Shown here: piece by piece, positions 49,579 through 62,370 of the stretch | How positions within the stretch are numbered: position 1 is the stretch's first letter | How the letters are laid out: each line of letters opens with the position of its first letter | Assembly: GCA_030704615.1 (NCBI GenBank) | Contig: CM060732.1 | Location: forward strand, 23,436,001 to 23,500,000 | DNA length: 64,000 nucleotides | Reading direction: 5' to 3' | Origin: Takakia lepidozioides | Taxonomy: Eukaryota > Plantae > Bryophyta | Made by a program: the position numbers and the translations under genes | Notes under the pieces: model-generated | What the model was told of the DNA's origin: nothing | What the model saw: the letters and a program-made list of their open reading frames with translations, nothing else | Database searches by the model: none

Positions 49579-52500
49579 AAATTTTTGAGTATATATGTGC
49601 TGCAGGTGCAGGTGCAGACACCCTCTTGCTGGTTCTCCGCAAAACCCTAGGCCGGGTTTTCCAGGCCTCCACAAAATCTCGTCTCTTTTTCAGAGACATG
49701 TTGTTGTTGTCGTTCAGAGGACGGAAAGCCTTCGCTGCCGCAGGGTGCCACATTTCAGCCGCACTTTTCGCTAGGATATCAACGAGCTGCCCTCTGCACA
49801 TATGAAGAGCAGATCGGGCATGTGCCTCCAGGTATTTGTCATCACCTACAATGCGAAGTATGTCCGCGAATTCTTGTTCCAATGAGGCTGAGACCTGCAG
49901 AGGTGCCTCGTCGTTGGGGAAGTCGTCCGGAGGATGTCTTTCCATGAACTGATTGGATTCGTCAATGCCGCCGGCACCATTGCCCAAGAGCAAGTTAGGT
50001 AATCCTCCATGAATGGTTCCCAGCGCCGTGCCACAAGCGCGCACAAGGAGGCCATCCTGCAGGTCAGGGTGAAGCATCTTCAGGACACGAACCTGATGCT
50101 TGCATAAGTTTCCCTTCATTGCCCATGGGCACGTGCAACAACCCCAATCGCAATCAGGACTGTAAACAATGTATGTTATGCCGGGGTGGTTGTTGCTGAG
50201 AATGTAGGCTGGTTCACCAGGACCCAAGGGAAGAGTAACACTCTCAGCAGGAATGTCTCGTGCCGCAAGTATAGAACTGGATATGTACTTTTCGTGTTTG
50301 TCATTTATTATGAACCCGTGGGTCTTCAAATGGATTGCGTACCAGTAGTGTGTTAGCACACGGCCAGTGAGTTCCCATATAAGCCAGTCCACTCTACGAC
50401 CACTCATCTTGCCTTTCCCCATGGCAAGTCTTGCATTCAGATTTCCATGGTATGCCTCAATGCTTGCGTTTGTGTCTTGGCTCGCATGAGGGACATTGCG
50501 GGCTACTGTACACCACATTGCTATTTTGGGCTTCCAAAACTGTTCGATATGGTCAAGAAATTCATGTCCTTTCGGGTATTTTGACCTCATACGACGGATT
50601 CTCCTTGCAACCCACCGAAGCGCTCTTTTCTCGTTGCGTGGTCCCCCTCTACAGTACATGAGGTCTCCCATATCCTTCAACAAGTTTACAGCGGTCACCG
50701 GATCCTTTGTTTTCTTGCATGATTGCTTCACCCATGCCTTGCAGACATGCCAAAGGCAGAGGAAAATAAGTACTCCTTCAAAAACAATTCTGCACAACAC
50801 ACATGGTACACATTAGAGTCTTGGGATCGGACTGCAATGGTGGACTGTAACAGCGACCTGTATTAGCGGGCAGAGCCACTGGACTCGCCCAGTGGACAGT
50901 ACAATGCCATGACGTTGATGTGCTGGAATAACCCCATTGGACTACCCAGTGGACTTCCCCATTGGACTTTCCCTAGCTAGGACTGGGGCAGCGGACTGCC
51001 CCAGGGACTGCCGAGTGGACTTGGCAGCGGACGGCCAACCCCAGGGACTGCTGAGTGGACTTGGCAGCGGACTTGGCAGCGGACTTGCCGGGGACTGCCA
51101 GCGGACTTGCCAGGGGACTGATGACCGGACTTGACAGCGGACTACCAGTGGATTTGCCCAGCGAACTGCCATCGGGTTTCGCCACAGGAGTCTGCCAGTG
51201 GACTGTAGCAATGGACTGCTGCAGTGGACTTCGATAATGGACCGGTGCTGTGGACCAACAGACTTACCGAATAGCGTTGATTTCTGCTTCGGCATCGTCC
51301 ACAATGAAGGCATTGGGTCGCCAGCTCGGCAAATCTGCGAGGAGTGAATCGCGCAAGGCTCTCATCCATGGAACCAGGTCTCTTGTCTGATTCCTCGCGG
51401 ATAGGATATAGGCAACTGGTATACCGTTCAACCACTCGCGAAGACCATCAACGTGTACAATGGGAACTGTTGGAATGCACAATGTAAGATGGTCAGAGCA
51501 TGCAAATTCCGCTCAGTTCTGCACGAGAAGACTTCATAAGAGTGATGAGGTCTGTAGCGGTTCACATTGGGTCTGCCTCTTGGTCTTCCGCAACGTACAC
51601 AACCCTAAACATACAGAAAAGGTCAGCACACCAAATATTATGTGAATGTTGCATGGTACTATGCTATCATGCTCGTACAAGTCCATGGAATCGTTCGAAT
51701 AGTACCTTGTCATGATTTGTCCCAAAGGTTGCATCACATGCAACGATATGGTTGTCTCTTAGTTCCAGCATTCGTCGTTTCTGCCACAGAGTCTGTATGC
51801 CAATAGTGAATGTCAAATCTCCATCAAAATGCTCGAACGTTGGCTCTAATTTCTCCTCTTGATAGAAAAAAACGGACGCGGGATTCTGGTCTCTCCACAT
51901 GCGCACACTCTCTGCATCATCGGCGTGCTTTTTGAAGGTTTGTCACGCACGTTTCTCGGCAAGGTTGCAAACATCTTGCTCCAACAAGAAATCATTGCGG
52001 GTCCATGCCTCGCCCAAGCCGGTGTTGTTCATCACGTGCTCTTTATGCTCCATCATGATTTGGGCGACCGACAGGCCTCGGCAAAAACACTCGACGACCC
52101 AGGCTTTCAATTCCTCGCTAATGTGTGGTGCATAGGCGTGGCGGGTGTTCCTGAACTCTGCGGACTTCCCATGCGAGGGTTTCCCTTGCGCATCTGTATG
52201 CTCCATGTTGTTGTTGTACGTGAGGACACAGATGTCAGGGGCGAGATAGCATTGCTGGACCTTGAAACGGCATTGGCAACCACGTTTGTAAGACTCTCCA
52301 TACTCCGACTTCTTTCTCCTTGGGCCTTTATGAGGGCAAGATGTTCCAGCACCCACAAGAGGTCCTCCACGCTTCTGTTTTGGATCCTCCACTATTGCCT
52401 TGTTGGTGCGCTTGTCATCAGGACCGTAGCAGCATTGATACTTGGACAAAAAATTCTAAAATCGATATCCAACGACTTGAGGAAGCATAAAATCAGAGAA

Positions 52501-52889
52501 CTCGTGAAACAAAAAATGGCAACAGACATGCAATGAAATGTCAAAAGGACTGAGGATGGTGCACACATAATACTGGACAGAAATGTGTTGGCTCTGGGTG
52601 CTTTTCGCGAGCCGGGTTCCACTTTAGAATGGACATTCACCCAAAACTGAGTGGGGTAGTCCTCCAAACTCTCCTCTCCCATGACGAAGTCACCAACTCT
52701 ATCCCAAGGTATGCAGGCCTTTTCAACATTCACTCGCACACCCATAAACCCATATTGTGTCTCACTCTTCCAATGGAGATCCTTCCTGTTGAAGGAACCT
52801 GGTTTTGTTGTTTGCAAACATTGTCGAAGAGGCCGTATAAGCGGGCTTTCCGTTATCAGTATATCATCGGGTTTTGCTTCCACGTCCAT
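49535..52889 (-). pseudogene. MULE DDE transposase with SWIM zinc finger, multi-exon, inactivated
   Basis: KRGCQCRF..H; ACDATFGTN; FIVDD..E; CLWH; TNASIEAYH; SWIM CTCPWAMKGNLCKH. In-frame TGA at 51943-51945 and a 1-nt loss in FPLYTLMVF/EWLNGIPVA. Confidence 0.9.
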
Positions 52890-54051
52890 GCCCTATACAG
52901 TACAAAGGACACGCTTCTGAACATGCAAGAAACGCGCCGCAGTACAAGACACGATCGACAACGTGCCAGGAGAACAGTGCGCACGTTCGCGACTGCTGGC
53001 AAGTGGCAGGCGGCAGGGATGCAGGTTTGAATTGCAGCCCTAAAAATGGAGGGCTCGGATGGGTTATGGGAATGGATGGTGGCGATCCTGCGCCGTCATC
53101 GGACTGGATGGTAGGGGACTGGCCAGCGGACTGCCGGGCAGACTGGCGGACTGGCAGACTGCTGGGCAGCCGACTGGCCAGCAGCGGACTGGCGGACTCA
53201 TGGGCGGGGGACTGACCGCGCGGCGGACGGGGGCGCGGGCGCGGTTGCTGCAGCCGCGCCCGCGGCTGGACGACCACGCGCAGCGGCGGGCGGGGTCCTG
53301 GGGAGCCAGGCGTCCGTGCGCGGGGCCCACCGGCCACATCGCACGTGCCCATTGAAGACCCTATTATCTTAAAATGAGAGGCAAAAAATATTCCAAATTT
53401 AATAATTATTAGGCACTGGGGTGCCTAATCTGCTATGAACCTACGGTATGGAGTCTGTCCCCTGACAGGTTGGTATATTTTATTCTTAATATTGGGCAGA
53501 CGATTTTCAAACTTGGGCAACGAGCTACAATGCCGTGAAAATGAAACCCTAATGGCAATGCAGTTCGGAGGGCCAAGCTTAGGTCAGGCGCAACTTTTAG
53601 CCCGCAGGCTAAATCCTGGCCCAACCACGAGATCACAAGGTAATGGGCTCAAATTGTGCTTCAATTCTTTGCGCCGTCGTCGGAACGACCCAGTGGTTGG
53701 CCTAGGAGATGGAATTAAGCATTGAGAGTGAGAGAGAAATCCAACTACAGAAGGCGGTGACAACCTGATATCCAGACCTTAATCTGCAGTAATAATAATT
53801 GCGTACCTTAGTACTTATCTTGCTAACTTGGAAATCCTCTTATGTAATGCTTGATTCTCTGCTTAGTACTTATGATTGGAAGGTCCTTTGGAGGTTGTAT
53901 GGACCTAGGGAGTTTGGCCTATACTTTTTGAATATTTATGGAGGCATTTGTTTTTGTTTTTTTTGGTTTTTTTTTTGGGGAAAAGGGAGGAAGCCCTGAT
54001 TAACTTTATTTGAATTATTGAACGGAAAAAAATTAAAACCCTTATTAAAAC

Positions 54052-54396
54052 CAGTGTTGGGCGGTTATTTGATTTAACCTCCGGTTCCGGTTTCTACATA
54101 ATCTTAGGATCAAAGATCCTCCGGTTCTGATTTTTTTCAAATATTTTTAATGGAAAGAACCACCGGTTCCGGTTGATTGTAAGAACCTCAAAGAACCGGC
54201 GGTTTTCATCAAATAACCAGCGGGTCTTTGGCAGATCTTTGACGGTTTTCAGGCTGGTTATCTCAAAACTACAAAACCGGCGGTTATGATCTTTTGTCGG
54301 GTCATTGTTTTTTTGAGAACCACGGTGATATATCAATATAACCTTCTTGATAACCTCCGGGGGTTTGTAGCTGAACCAAAGAACCTCCCAACACTG
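54052..54396. mobile_element. hAT-type MITE (same family as 12345-12694)
   Basis: CAGTGTTGGGCGGTT ... AACCTCCCAACACTG; 8-bp TSD ATTAAAAC/ATTAAAAT. Confidence 0.85.
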
Positions 54397-55636
54397 ATTA
54401 AAATCCTGTTTTTTGTTTTCAATAGAAATTATGTAGAGTAGGATCTTTTTAGACAATTTTACTGAATTAGGCACTTTCATATTATTTTTCCAACTTTTTA
54501 GGCATGAATATTGAAAAATCACAGATTTGCTTAGGCACTTTTTTAAAAATTTAATTTGTGCCTAATCTGCTATGAACCTACGGTAATCTGGGATTACAGC
54601 CCCCGTCCCGGGGCAAAAACCTGTAATCACGTGCGAGGGAAAATCCTGTCAGGGAAGCCCTAATTTTAAGAAAGCCAAAAAATCTGAAGGTTTTTACGCC
54701 CAGATAAGGCCTTCTTACAAGAGGGACAAGTCTTCTAATAAGTGAGCGGGTCAGGGAGGCATGAACCGGCTTTGGCCAATGATATGTCAAGAGAGAGAAC
54801 TCGACAAAAGCCTGGGTAACTAAACCTAACAGATATTTCCCCCTTTTTCGGGGTGGGGCCTCTTGTGACATGTCCATATCGAGTATGGAGAGTCAATCCT
54901 TGAAATGCACCAAGTCTTTCCACCAAAATCCGTTCTATAAATCTATGAGGAAAGTGAGACTTGATTCTTTAGTTTTGATAGTTCAAAGATGAATATATGC
55001 ATTAGTGCACCTAGGGCTCACTTTTGTGGGGAGAAAGATTCCGGCAAAGTTGAGTAAAGATATGGGATGATTTAGTGAATCACCATGCATCTTGGCATGA
55101 AGATTGAATAACTTGTCTCCAGTGCAAGGATCCATCTACATAGATGATATGGGTGTCAAGTCATCAAAAGTGTGGATCAATTGACACTCTCAAGGGGTGA
55201 ATAAGGTTCATTCCTATGTTGGTTATTTGAACTCTTTGATGTGGTCGTAAAGAGGCGATTCTTTTGTATCCTTCTTTCATGTTCTCAAGGCGTAAATAAA
55301 ATTCATTCCTATGTCGGTTGTTTGAAATTTTCTCCTGTTTGTTGAGGCCATAAAGAAGTCATTATTTCGCGTCCTCTTGCATTGAGAGGTATGCCGATCT
55401 AGATCGTTAACCCCCATTGCTCCAATATAAGGCTCACTTCAGTTATGAAGAGGGACATAGGTACACTTAGTGTCAAGCTGAATCGTGAATCCCAACTTCA
55501 CGTGTTTAGAAAGGAGGTCAATGCAGACAATCTCTTTCAAGTGGCCTGTGAAAAGATTGATGGTGGTTTGTTTTTGCACATTTGGGAGTTATGAGCAAGT
55601 CTCAATACTAATATTATATGACATATTCGACACTTC

Positions 55637-58600
55637 CACTACAACGTTTAAGAGGGGTTTTTGATGAAATCCGTAACAATGCCCAAGGTCACAGAAGGTG
55701 GTCTTTCATATGCCGCTATGATTTTTGTTTGTGACCCCAGGGCTTTTGCGACGTTTTGAGCTTGTGGTTGGGGTCACTAGACCTCATGTGCGATGGCTGG
55801 GCCCACCGTCACAGACACGCCCTAAACGTTATAGTGTTTCTTCTTTCTATGAAGTACATCCACCCTTTGTCCATGATACTATGTCACATCATGCTGATGA
55901 TCTTTTATTGCCTTGGGAATATTATGTGATGGTGTGCTCTATATAGAATGTCAAATGTCGGTAGTGGACACAAAATGAGCATATCAGAAAATTGATCAAT
56001 TGGACATGCAAGTGTCATTCGAGCAATGAATTGACGAACCAGACACAAGATCCATTTGACATTTTGTAACCTATTGTGCTCAATGGACATTTGCACAAAA
56101 TGTCAATTAAACATGTGGAATGAATCCCCTTCTGTTGTGTCATATCTTACGACTACCATTGATGCACATACTTTAAATCTCCATTTCTCGACTTCTTATA
56201 GCCTCACATTACCCTCTTGACTCACCTTTCCACTCCCAGTTTCAAGGTTGGTGGATACCACTCTAGGCCAATGCTACATTCTGGGCTATAGTACATATTT
56301 TGAAGGTATGTGCAAACAATAATAAGATGCATTATATGCTTTGCATAGATAAGGTAAAGAACTGTGACATTTGAGACTGAAATTACCACCATTTTGTATA
56401 GCATTTTGTATATTATACTTGCGCGAGGAGCAATATAGTGAGGGGAGAGGGAGAAAAGTATCACAAAGCACTAGGATGAAACACACACTTTGGGACCATG
56501 TAAGAAAAGAGAAGAACTACATCTCAAAGTTGTGGATATTTCCCTTCAATCAACTATTGTAGTTGCTAGAGGGATAGTCTTTAAATTATGAGCATGGAAC
56601 GATCACGATGCACTAAGTGGTTCATAAGCTCAATTGTAATATTGACACTGGTACAAGTCGGTTACTTCCCTTGAGAAGGTCTAGTCGAATTGTGTATATG
56701 ACACTTAGTGGTAAATGACATCAGTGTCCACCTAGTCAATCTGCATATCAATTTCATTCATAAGAGAGAGATAGCTTGAGTACTCCAATTATCAATATTC
56801 ATTTGATCCACATGTTTTTCACAAAATCTTTGGCTTCTTTATCATCTATGAAAGAAACGTCTAACACTAATCTAATGGAGTATGATGTCCAACAACTTAC
56901 GATCATGAACCAGAGTATAGACTATTTGCAAGCTTTTCCAATGGCAGATGGGTAGCTTTTATTATTGTCTCTATATGGCAATCACTTGGATTCTTATTGG
57001 TGCATGAAAATCCTACAAGTTTGATGAGTTGAAACATCTGTACTGGGCCATGACTTTGAGCTACGCCCTTCAACTGCTCGTCAAACACTCCCACAATCCT
57101 TTCCAAAGGCACAGTTCGGACTAATCTTCAATGCTGAGCTCACTCTCAATCACAATTGTTGGCTCTTTTTTAGTCAATACTTCCAAGAGGATCACAATGT
57201 AGTTGTAAACATCTCCTCTTGGTAAAGCACTTGCCAAGTAAACATACTCCGGTTATGATCCATCACAATATCATCATATTATAAAGACATCCTTCCCAAA
57301 AGTGTCCACTTTGAAGGCATGGTGACAAACATAAAATCTATTCGTATGTCTATACCTATTTGCATATTATTCTGTAAAGTTGCAACACATTAGAGTTAAA
57401 CGCATCATCTTCCAAATCCTAATTACTTAGGACGAGTGAAGAATCTACCTAAGCACCGGATTTGGTAGGTAATTGCATGAAAGAACCATATAGAACATGT
57501 ACGTCCCATGTGCTCAAAGATATATTACCCTACACCGGAGGTTATGCGACTCTCCATATTTTGCAGTGCCAGCCCTAGAGGTTCTCTATTCATTTCAATA
57601 TAAAACCTACTATGTTGGATCTACCCAAAATCTACATAACCACCCAACATTGGAATGAACCCCTTTCTGTTGTTAATGTGATATCTTATGACATACCGAG
57701 CTACTCTCAGTTCACATACTTGAAATCTATTTTTCTACTTTTTTTTTTACCGTCACACTATTATCTTGCCTCCTCCTTCCAATCCCAATTTCGAAGTTGG
57801 TAAGTACCACTTTAGGGATACTTTCTTGTTGTCACATTGGCAGTATCATGTAAAAGTCACTCCAAACTATCCCAGGTTCACTCAACCAGCTAACTTGTAG
57901 AATTCAACATGAAAATTTAGGGCCGATTCTGATAAGAGGGAATTGCATCTGCTTCTCTCTAGTGTAGTCCAACAAGCGTTCACCTTTTTGTCTCCATTGT
58001 CCCGCCATTGATTGGGGTCAAAAAAGTGTTCATTCCAAAGCTTCTCTTCATCTCTGTTACCTATTTTTGGATACTTTCTTGCTGCCATATTGGCAGTAAC
58101 TTGTCAAAGTCACTCCAAACCACCATAGATCCATCCAACGAGCTAACTGACATAATTCAATATGCATCTCAGGGCTGAGTCTGATGAGAGGGCAAAACAG
58201 GCTGAAATAGTAGGTGCCCTCACCACATTGTCCTTGACCTTGTGTCATGACCCATGGAGGTTTTGACCGACCATCAACCCAAAATGACCTCTTGTGTATG
58301 CTGCTTGTGTCTGTAGTCAGGTAATCTCGGATTGGTTTGTGAGAACCACCACGGTGCAACTGAGCAGATAGAGATTGAAACAGGGTCTGCTAAGACCAAG
58401 CTGACTCTCCCAAGAATCTTGTAAACATTAGGAAAAATACCAAATCATGGTACTAATAGGAGCCGAGAGCCCACATTTGCAGGATGGACAAACTTTTTCA
58501 CATCGTACATTAAACAAAAGCCACACCTTGCGATTGCGGTTGTCCCATGTGAAGGATCTTTAAAAATCTCATGCCAGATCTGCTCCATGCTGCAAATTCA

Positions 58601-59961
58601 GTCGAGTTTTATGAGAGGGCAAAACATGCTCAAATATGTCGAAGAAGAAGGTGCCCTCACCACATTGTCCTCGACCTTGTGTCACGACCTATGGAGGATT
58701 TGACTGACCATCAACCCAAGAGGACCTCTTGTGTGTGCTGCTTGTGTCTGTAGTCAGATACTGTCCGATTGGTCCGTGAGAACCACCACGGTGCAGCTGA
58801 GCGGGCAGAGATTGAAACACGACCTACTAAGACCAAGCTGACTAGATCCCAAAAACCTTGTATACATCAGGAATAATACCAAATCATGGTACTAACAGGA
58901 GCCAAGAGCCCACATTTGTAGGATGGACAAACTTCTTCACATCGTACACTAAGAAAAAGAGAGCTGCTTTAACGGAAGGCCCTATCAGCCACTCAAAGAT
59001 AGGGGACCGAGCAAAGAGCAGCAGAGGCCTGTAGAAACCACTAGAGTAACACCACACACCCAGGAACCCTAAAAATAAGATGAACAAAAAAAAGAAGAGA
59101 TGAAATTAGCAAAATGAGAACAAGAGTTCCGAGAAGAAACGAACCTAAAAGAGACAAGACAAAACACCAAAGAAATCTATGAAGCTCGGATTGAACACAA
59201 CTACAACTATAGAAATGGGGATCTGCACGCACTACGATGACTACTCCTAACAAAGGAGAAAGCAGCCAACGAGACGACGCCTCCGAAGCTCGAAGCAGCC
59301 CAAAGAAAACCTAAGTCCCTAAGCCTCTCGCTCGGCAAAGTGCAGAGCTCTCGAACCACGCGGACCCCAAAAATCACTAAGTCCCAGCCCTGCACACTGC
59401 GACCTAGCAACCCTAAATTCGAGCCAACCTTTCGAATTTTTTGAACGTTTTACACCCTAACATCGCATAGGCGGATGGATGAACCCATCCATTGGATGAA
59501 TTCATTCATGTATATGCCTTTAAAATGACACGTATAGTGATGTAGTCACATATATAGAGTTATGAAACAATCTGCAGTCAGGCAGTCATGTCATCGATGG
59601 ATGAGCTCATCCAATGGATGAATATATTTGTGTATGTGCCTTCAAAATGACACGTGTAGTGATGTAGTCATATAAATAGAGCTGTGAAACCATCTTCAGT
59701 CATGAAGTCATAATTTCCATGAAATGTCGTCCATGTGTAGTGAAACATATCACTCTAGTCATATAAACCATCCCTGTCATCGTGGTCAACAATGTTTGAT
59801 CAGTGCCCCCTATCTTTCCGGAGTCATGTAGTAATATCCATTACTACAGAGTGATAAAACTATGACTACAATGCACTTCATCGCTCTGTAGTCATATATT
59901 GACTGTCGTTTTTATGACTCCGCAAAAGCCGTAGTCATAAAAACACTCATCTGTTGTAGTG
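55637..59961. mobile_element. Possible degenerate CACTA element
   Basis: CACTACAAC at 55637-55645 and GTTGTAGTG at 59953-59961; GTAGTCAT/ATGAC subterminal repeats 59460-59950; diverged internal direct repeat (56110-56268 vs 57645-57817). 3-bp flanks do not match (TTC vs AGA). Confidence 0.4.
57820..58950 (-). pseudogene. Orphan, rearranged paralog of the PDF-motif exons at 36.2-37.8 kb
   Basis: High nucleotide similarity to 36170-36290 and 37210-37835, with the PDYRHK/WVDGRS.PPWV segment present twice (about 58200-58600 and 58610-58950); DEEKLWNEHFFDPNQWRDNGDKK; no PPR follows. Confidence 0.85.
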
Positions 59962-60312
59962 AGAAGAAGACACAAAGATAAATGAAGATTCTCTTAGGGT
60001 TAGGGTACATATATATCCAGTTCGTCCCAATACAATGTATGAATGATATTCTGAAATGGAAGAACGTAGTGCAATCCATCCATATTTTATTTTTAATATA
60101 TTTATCATTATTTTTTCAAATAATGTATATCACCATACTTAAACCCAACCATATTTTATTTCTTAATATATTTTATCATTATATATATATATACTTACTT
60201 TAAAGAGGGACGGAGACCTCAGAACTTTATATATATGTGTGTAAAATCCGCGAGTTACATCACAAAATGAGAGCAGTTAGGGACACTAAGAGAAAAAAAT
60301 AACATCATTGGG

Positions 60313-62370
60313 TGTCATAAGGCTGACTAGGGAAGACACCGCTTTGTTATGCGCATACATATCGCTACACAACTACATCGATGTCCACAACCACACAACA
60401 CATGTGCACACCAAACACTAGTCTATCACTAGTGCACCACTAGGCTGCCACTAGACAACCACTAGTCACCACTAGTCCACCACCAGGCTGCCACTAGCCA
60501 CCACTAGTGCAGCCACTAGTCCACCACCAGGCTGCCACTAGCTACCACTAGTGCAGCCACTAGTCCAACCACTAGGCTGCCACTAGCTACCACTTGTGCA
60601 GCCACTAGTCCACCATTAGGCTGCCACTAGCCATCACTAGTGCAACCACTAGTCAATCACAAATCGCCCCCCTAGCTGGCGCTTAGGTGCTTCTAAGTCC
60701 AGGTAGTCACAAGATGTGATAGTGGCTATAGCCTCACTAAGTCTTCCACCATTGTCCCTACTATACTCAAACTCGATAGATCAAGAGGCCGGGTACAAGA
60801 GTTGCCCCATTGTTAGTCACCGTCTTGCAACTTGTGAACTTGAGCCTGAGATCTCGGGTATTGACTCCTATGAGCTTGGCCTCCCATATCTTGTTAGCTG
60901 CCACTAGTCATATCCACTTCCACTATTCCAAGCAGTGTGGACATAACCAATCTCCATCAGGAACCCTCTCAAGAGGTGGTGTCAAACATCTCATGTGCCA
61001 ACCTCTTGAGCATTAATCACACACCAGCATAGTGACGGCACCACGAGCATGCCCACATAGCATGCAACGCAACCCTGCAGGTACCACTGCAAGGTTGGAA
61101 TCTATCCTCCTATCCACATGTGGAAGGTGACATGGCGCACAATTGCGCACATGGTCCTTCCATACCATGCCATCTCGACCCTCCAGAATCAACACTCCTG
61201 AAGACAACACCTCCCTGACCCTTAGAATCACACGTCTTATTGTAACATCCAAGGTCGTAGACGCTGTCTACTACAAATACACATAGTCCCCAGGGTGGAA
61301 ACGCTGAATACCTGGCCGATATCCCCCTCCACATATAGTGACATACCTCAATGTGTCTCGGTGTTGGGCAATAGCAAGGTTCTCAAAAGCCATAGGCATG
61401 ACCCTCTTGAACAACTCTGCCCACTGGGCACATGCTTGTGTCCACACATCCGGATTATCAAGGTTGAGGACTACTGTAGCCTCCCTGCGAATAGACGCAG
61501 ACAAATCTGGCTCTCGGCCAAAGAGAAGGAAATATGGTGAGAATGAGGCAAGTGATGCTTGCTTGCTAAACCTGTAGCCCATGGCTAACCAAGGTACCTG
61601 AAGATCCCAATCTCATAGGTGTCCCTTTTGCAAGCCATACTTGCGCAAACCCCTCTTCACCGTCTGCACCACTCTCTCTGCCAAGCCATCGGCCTCAGGA
61701 CGATCCCGAGAACTGATACAGTGGTCTATCAAGGCTTTATCACACAAAGCCTGAAACTCCCCCAAGAACTTTCTCCCTTGGACCGTGAGTACCTCAGAAA
61801 GAGCACCGAATCGGCTAAGCACATGATCCAGGAATGCATACGCAGCCCCCTCACTAGCCTTGTCAGGCAATGGAACGAACTCAATCCACTTGGAGAAGTG
61901 CTCCACCATCACCAACACATATCTGTGGCGGCGCATCATTAGTGGCAACGGCCCTGCGAAGTCAAGACTCCACTTGTAGCCCAATCCCATGATGAGTAAA
62001 AGATGCAACTACGGTGTAGGGGCGTTGAATGAAGCACGCACCCTGTTACACACCATGCACCTAGCCACAAACTGTTTGCACCTCTGTGTGCATACCACGC
62101 CACCAATACTGCCCCTGCAGTAGACTATGAGTGCATCGCCCACCAAAATGCCCCAACTCCTCATGGGCATGCCGCGCTAACCGTGCACGTTGTGTTGGGT
62201 GAGGCACGATCCTCACCCGACTATCCTCCCATACTCGAAGCAGGTGTATCCCCTCCCACTTGAACCTCTTGGCTTGTTGCAGGATCCGATCCCTCTCCTT
62301 GGTAGTCACACTAGCTGCTGTGTCTCCAGTGGCACCACCTGGCTCATCACTAGCCTCAGGGTCCTCAGAC
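60313..62370 (-). mobile_element. Degenerate Ty3/gypsy element: zf-H2C2, integrase, C-terminal PHD finger, PPT, 3' LTR (60661-60313)
   Basis: HEELGHFG..YWWRGM; WSLDFAGP..VMVEHFSKW..GLAERVVQTVK; SPYFLLFGR; PHD at about 60930-61066; purine tract AGGGGGGCG before TG at 60661; stops consistent with C-to-T changes. Confidence 0.88.
60415..60655. repeat. CCACTAG-based minisatellite inside the gypsy LTR
   Basis: Roughly 20 CCACTAG/CCACCAG units arranged in an approx. 44-bp higher-order repeat. Confidence 0.9.

Larger units (their letters stand above)
41708..53382. mobile_element. Full-length Mutator-like element (MULE), 11.7 kb, with GC-rich TIRs of about 340 bp and two convergent genes
   Basis: GCCTCTCATTTTAAGATAATAGGGTCTTCAATGGGCACGTGC at 41708 is the exact reverse complement of the end at 53382; TIR similarity extends to about 42040/53036; 9-bp TSD AAACAATAT / AAAAAATAT (1 mismatch). 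Confidence 0.95.
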
